A program made the position numbers and the translations under genes. 64,000 nt of DNA from the NCBI GenBank assembly GCA_043228905.1, contig JBHGNT010000003.1, positions 22,444,001 to 22,508,000 of the forward strand, written 5' to 3'. Shown one piece after another: positions 58,053 to 64,000 of the stretch. The notes beneath the pieces were generated by a model, which saw nothing but the letters and a program-made list of their open reading frames with translations, had not been told where the DNA came from and ran no database searches. Origin of the DNA: Azolla caroliniana. Taxonomy: Eukaryota; Plantae; Polypodiophyta. The stretch's first letter is position 1; each line of letters starts with the position of its first letter.

Positions 58053-60570
58053 CGTAACAACCTATCTCATATCGAACTATGCTAAAAAACAAAGAGCCAT
58101 AGTCCGTACTTTTCGATAATAGACTCCATACAACTACAACATAGTAACAAAAACCATGGGATTTTGTATCGACTTCGACTTTATTGTACACTATTAAGTA
58201 CCAAACCAATTCACCTTGGACTCATCCTTACATTCATGGCATCGTTATATCACAAGTGTTTTGTTAAAAAGACATATGAGTAACACTACGTAATAACGTG
58301 ATGTTGTGGCTTGAGTAGGCGGGCCTTTCTACATCTAACCGGTTCATTCAATGACATCCAACTAACCCAATTTATTGGTGAGTATTTTAAATGTTCTTGT
58401 CATCAATGCTGCATTTTCAATTGCTCAATATATGTCACGTCGAGTTCATGAAAAAGTACCCCATGTGATCACTCATTTAGGCATATCTTTATGCCCATGG
58501 TTGGCGGACAAGAAGTCATTTTGTGGCTTGATTACAATCATTGTGTGAATTCACAAAATGCAGGCCTTAGACGACATTAATATATCTTTCTCTCTCTCTC
58601 TCTCTCTCTTGCAACATTCATTGGTAAAGTTCTTGAACATTGAGAGTTGCTACTCACTTTCACATGTATAATGTGAAATGTAATATTTTTGGTCTCATAA
58701 GTCATATTTGACCTCCGAATACGATAATGGAATATGTCTATCTATCTCTCTAAAGTGAAGCAATACTCGTGAGTGCCCAAACTTGATCACTATATCGTAC
58801 AAGTTTTGTTGAAAGTACCACACAATAATATAATGGCGTGGCTAGATTGGGTTGAGTGTTGTATGTTTGGCTTAGTTCATCGAGCAACATGCCACTAATC
58901 CAAAATACTTGTTCTTGCAAATTGATGCTTGTCTTCTCGATTGTTCAATGTATGTTGAGAACCCTTTAAGAAATCACCATGAGATAATTCATTTAAGCAT
59001 TTCCTTTGCACCCCCAAATTTGGGGGTAATGAATTATATTTCAATTTGATTTATACTATTTATAGGGCGAGTCCACAAAATGCATGGGAAACTAAACTTT
59101 TCGTTGTATCATGTAAGTTGTGTTGAAAATATTTGTTCGTAACTACTTCTCAATATTATCTTGTGCCTAGATTGAGTTGAGCATAGTACACATAACTCAA
59201 GTCATGGACTGACATGCAATCGAACCAACGTCAACAAGAATTTGGATGTTCTTGCAATAAATGCTTGCGTTTTTTGTCCTACAAAATTTAAGATTGGCTA
59301 AGTAGCACTATGCAAGAACCCTCCATGGGATCATTCATTTTGACATTTCCTTTGGATCAAATCTGTGGGAAAGAAAGTTTTTGTTGCTCAAATTTACTCT
59401 TGCTAGGACTTTAGGAAATGTATTGTTCTTAAATTCTTGCTCCAAAGTGAAACAATTGATAGGTTGCTTTCACTCACTCTTCCTCACACATTATAAAGGA
59501 AGTTCATGCTTGGATAAGTGTTGTGTTGCTCTAGTTCTCTCATTCTAATAGAATCACATGTTTGGAAAAGTGACATATTTAATTGTGGATTGCAACATGG
59601 CATGCCTAGTTATTAACGTGCGAGTTGGAACCATTATTGACATGAGAGATGCATAAGAAATGTAACAAAACGACCATAATCAAATAACTTAAAGCAACAC
59701 TATTAGATGTGTATGGAGCCTATGTTGAGGACATGGGTGGAAAAGAATGGTAAGATGGCACATTGTTGTACACGGTTTGCGAAAACTCAAAATAAGGATA
59801 AACAATAGACCGTGTACAATAATGCACCAATTGAAAGTGTAAAGCTTCACATAAAAAGGTTAGGTTTTCAAGCAATACCTTTTATGACACTTGATATCAC
59901 TGTTTCTCTATGAGTTTGGTACATGAGATTGTGGCAACATATCTAAGTCTACTTGAAAATTTTCAAAAGCACGTTTTAACGATTTGTTTGCCTAGTCAAA
60001 ATTCAAAAGTCATACATGCTAATACTTTTGGAGTCTATACCACTTCCTATTGAGATCATGGACATTGACATAATAAGAAGTAAGTAAACCTAATTAAGCT
60101 CTCAAGAAGTAATAAACAATAGGCAGTTATCTACTTTAAAGGTTACGATACTAAAATCCAAATGTTTTAACAAATATTCTAGAAATATTTTATTTGATTC
60201 TTAAAAGGTAGATTGAACATTCACTACTTAGTTTGTCTACTTTTTCCAAGGCTTTAATATTGACATTTCAGAAAGCACAACGAGTATAGACCTCATCAAA
60301 AGAAAAAAATTGTATATCATATTTAACGGAGTAAGATGTTTTTGGAAATATCCGATAACTAGTCACCATTCACTTTATCTTGATAGAAACTTTTGGTCCT
60401 AGCATGTCTTGTTGCTCACTTCTAAATATCTTCAAATATCCACAAGGTTTGTGGTTGGGATTCTCAACAATAGGTAATCCATCTTCGTTTTGTGAATGAA
60501 TGTTACATTATGGCGGACATTGCAATGTGGTTTCATGATGTTTGATCATGCAAACATATTTTGGCTTATA
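58053..60570 (+). repeat. Copy 2 of the old ~2.6-kb non-coding dispersed repeat (left stub at 48132-48210)
   Basis: Colinear similarity to 11590-13064 and 18807-19990. Confidence 0.75.
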
Positions 60571-60586
60571 TATTTTCGTAAATATC

Positions 60587-61280
60587 TTTTTTTATACAAA
60601 AAAGAATATACTCCATTAGTTAAAATGTACACAACTTAGATCCCTTTATCGGGTAGTCTTTGCCTAAATTATCCTATCATTTATGAGCGATCTCACTTAT
60701 TTATCATACACATCACTTGCATGTGTCTCTAGCCAAACTTCCATACACATCACTTGCATTCAATATCCCACATGTCATCTTGTTCACACCACTCTTTCAA
60801 CTAATGGGAGGGGGGAACAACCATACGGGTACCTACATATTGCCATCATATATCCATTCCATTTGTTGTAGCCATCGGTGTAGTACACCAACGTTTTCTG
60901 AAATCCAGCCTAATTAGTTCTAAAGCATCATCAGTTCCATCAATCCGCTCATATTGTGCTCTCAATGTAGTTATTAATGTGTGCCATATTAGCTTAATCG
61001 ATTCAACTGGAGGGCGTTTGTTTCCTGAAAACACCCTGGTACACCTTGCCATCCATATGCACCATATGGTAATGGGTGCAAGCAGCATCCATAGATCTCC
61101 AAAATCTTGCTTGCAAGTATGTCCCTAGTTGAGGGTGAACAAGCTTGAGGGCAAAAGTAATGCCCTTCCCTATAGAATTGTTGCCTCGCGACATTCCCAT
61201 AGGCAATGGGAAATGCTTTCTAACTGTCCACATGCAGTACATCTAGGGTCTACATTGGGGCCTTTGCCCCACTCCCTATT
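60587..61280 (-). pseudogene. 3' fragment of an L1-like LINE
   Basis: APITIWCIWMARCTRVFSG resembles an L1 ORF2 C-terminus; a short T-run at ~60587 may be a tail remnant. Confidence 0.55.
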
Positions 61281-61559
61281 GGCAAGGCTCTATGCGTCGT
61301 CAAGGAAATCCTCGTGTGTTTGTGAAATGAAGCGGGACCACCGGGGTCATGGACCAGAAGGATTCGATGTTTTTACTGGCGTAAGCACTTAGAAAGTATT
61401 TAAGATAGAGAGAGAGAGAAGGAAATTTTAATTTTGAGTTTCAACCTTGCCTTCAATTTTGAGAGACAAAATACATCACCAATAAGATAACTAGGGTATT
61501 ATTATTATTATTTTCATTCAATACATAGCTTGATTGATATCCTTTTCGTTTTCTTCCTT

Positions 61560-64000
61560 TCTTTTATAGATGCCCCCATGCATATGATGCATGTGAGGGT
61601 GCAAGACATTATTACAATGCATGATTGCCATTTGGCGCTCATCCAAGCTCTCATGTATGATAATTTACATGTGAAAAGTACAATGATGAAAGAAAATTTT
61701 AAGGAAATAACTTAGGCTAATGGCATGTCAATTGTCTCCTATCTTAGAAGTGCAAGGTTTAAAACCTTACTTACACCTTTGTTATGCACAAAAATGCTAT
61801 TAGGCCCTAGGTTTATTTTCAAGTGTTCGTGTAATGTGCACACATCACATGAGCACGTGTTTAACCTTATATCTAGCCTTTCTTTTCCAATTCTCATTTC
61901 GTTCCTATTTACAACATGTTAGCGTACGCGCGTGACCATCACCCCTTTCACACGTGCACATTCCACCTTCTCGATTTTGTCCGTCCCACACGATTTTCAC
62001 ACCATTGCCGAAAATCTTCACGACAATGCAATAAGCCATAAACACATCCTTATCTTGCGGTCATTACTGTCATGCCATATCATTTTCCAGAACTTATTTA
62101 ATCTCCTTTCACTAATGCCCTCATGTATCTAAAATTTATGTGTTGCAATATATTCATGCTCTTGTTCTAGAATAATTTGCCTCCCAATTTTCGTGTTGTA
62201 CCTGAAAATTTCAACCACCTTTGCACCCTCAATTCATCCTTGAGTTCTCCATAAATACATCGTTGGGTCCCATGATAGTTGATCCGAATGCCCTTCTATT
62301 GGCCAACACATTATTGTCGATGTGATCTCCCTTGGTTTGGGGTCAATCATCATATCTTTTCCATTTTTTGCAATCAGTCTAATCAACTTTTCGCTTTGAT
62401 AAGTTGGTTGCTCACATATTGTCATTCCATTCTCTATTTTATACTAGCATGCCTCATTAGATCTTGCGTTCATTCCCTTAATTCTGATTAGACAATTCTC
62501 AAAATCTATAAGTCATGTCTATTCAGTTTTGGACATTATATCTTCATCTTCCCACATCATTAGACAAAAATCTCTTCCAGTCTTGATTTTTCTAGCCTTT
62601 TTAGTGCCCACATCATTAGAAAGAAATCTCTTCCTGTCCACTAATGCATTCCATTGGGCATTGATTAAGTCGGCCCATTTGAAGCCTGATTTTTGTCCTA
62701 TCATCAACCTATCCACATCTCTAATCAGTGGGTTCCATACAATTGGCATGTACATCCGGGCATATGCATCATTTCTCCACCTGATCTCCTTTCTGATTCC
62801 TTGCCATGCTTTCATAATTCCAACAACACATAGACTATGCATACATCCCCAATATTTGGGTCGCATTTCTGGCACAAAACCACAAAAGGAGTTGCTTGAC
62901 CAGCTTCCACCTTGTCTCAGTCGCCACATCTTCCATCTACGTCTCCATAAAATTTTCCAAGGAGCCTCAGGTGGTTGCAAGCTCCTGACCACCATTTTGC
63001 CTAGCAAGGCCTTTGTTTGCACCATGGGATCTATCAATCCCACCCCGACTTCACTTTTTCCTTTTATAAGTGTGGTCCAAACAACCTTTGCACGAACTTG
63101 TTTTTCCTCCGTGCCCCCCATAAGAATTTTCTGGTAATCCTTTTTATCAATTTCATCGATTTGGGCACGATTATCCAACATGCAACAATATGCCATATAG
63201 TAGCCATTAGAATCTGATTTGCAATCACAATCTTGCCCGCAAAGGATAGTTTTCTTGCATTCCACCCTATTAGCTTCACTTTTATTTTGTCCACTAGTAG
63301 ATTGTAGTGTTTTGATCAATCGATGTCCATACCAAATTTGAACCCCAAGTATCTAATAACTTCTCCTCTCCTCAACCATATGAAATTGGGGTCTAGGGCC
63401 CAATTAACACGAGCTTATTACTGATCCAAATGCCCAATGATTTATTCCAATTTATTTTAGCAGTCGATCCCCTTGCACTTTGCAATCTGCCCAAGTTGTT
63501 TGCATCACCCTTGACATAAGTCGTTGTGTCATCAACATATGCAGTATCAAGCACCATTGATTTCCTGCATCTTCGAGCAAGTGGAGGCCTTGTATTTGCC
63601 AAGATTTATCAGCAATTTGATAATGCAAAGAGTCTTCTACAATGATGTATAGGTACGGGGCCAATGGGCATCCTCGGCATACCAATCATGACATCTTAAA
63701 GCTCTTCCCCATACTTCCAGCCATTAAAACCTGGTTGGATGCACCTCTGTAAAAGGCACCCGTTCCAAGGATCCGTTGTTGTTCAAAGCCTAGGGCCTCC
63801 ATCGCTGCTTCTAAGAATTCCCATGAGATCCTGTCATATGCTTCTTCGAAGTCAAGTAGCATTACTATCAAGTCCACTTCTTGCTCCTTCGCCCATACTG
63901 AGTATTCCCAAAAAGTTATCACATTGTCAACAATGCTCCAGTTTTCCCAGAAACCAGTTTGTGTTGTATGTATAATGTCCCCTAGTACCATTTTCAATCT
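61560..64000 (-). pseudogene. Degenerate L1-clade LINE ORF2 (RT and downstream domains), continuing beyond the window
   Basis: LLDFEEAYDRISWEFL, GCPLAPYLYII, AYVDDTT, INWNKS, WNARKLSFAGKIVIANQIL, FWKMIW; multiple frameshifts. Confidence 0.85.

Noticed and set aside
48161-58102. Apparent 50-bp target duplication around element D
   Set aside because: Better explained by a normal 5-bp TSD (CGTAA) inside a pre-existing 45-bp tandem repeat; the longer copies have mismatches.

Overview
Eukaryotic, TE-dense DNA, most likely from a non-seed land plant (moss, fern or lycophyte). This is an inference from the TTTAGGG repeats, GT-AG introns and Tcn1-like and Sola-like elements. There is one host gene: an 11-exon ABCG11/WBC11-like half-size ABC transporter on the minus strand (10065->4010, about 713 aa reconstructed by hand). 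The rest is transposon-derived. An intact, very young Tto1/Tork-like Ty1/copia element lies at 13065-18806. A rearranged nest at 28.5-43 kb holds a copia remnant, a Tcn1-like gypsy with self-priming and -1 frameshift signals, and two related tRNA-Trp-primed gypsy elements nested one inside the other. Further right are a decayed Sola-like DNA transposon, two solo LTRs, a full-length Athila/Tat-type gypsy with a large extra 3' ORF (48211-58052), LINE remnants and many local tandem duplications. Most notable observations: antisense tRNA-like (Pol III A/B-box) cassettes and heat-shock elements in a group of LTRs; an 11-nt Tf1-type self-primer; (TTTAGGG)3 inserted at a TE-TE deletion junction; an 889-codon accessory ORF; and a hairpin-repeat/unique-spacer array in an LTR-element leader. 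No rRNA, complete tRNA gene or true CRISPR locus was found. Family assignments come from motif recall, not from database searches.
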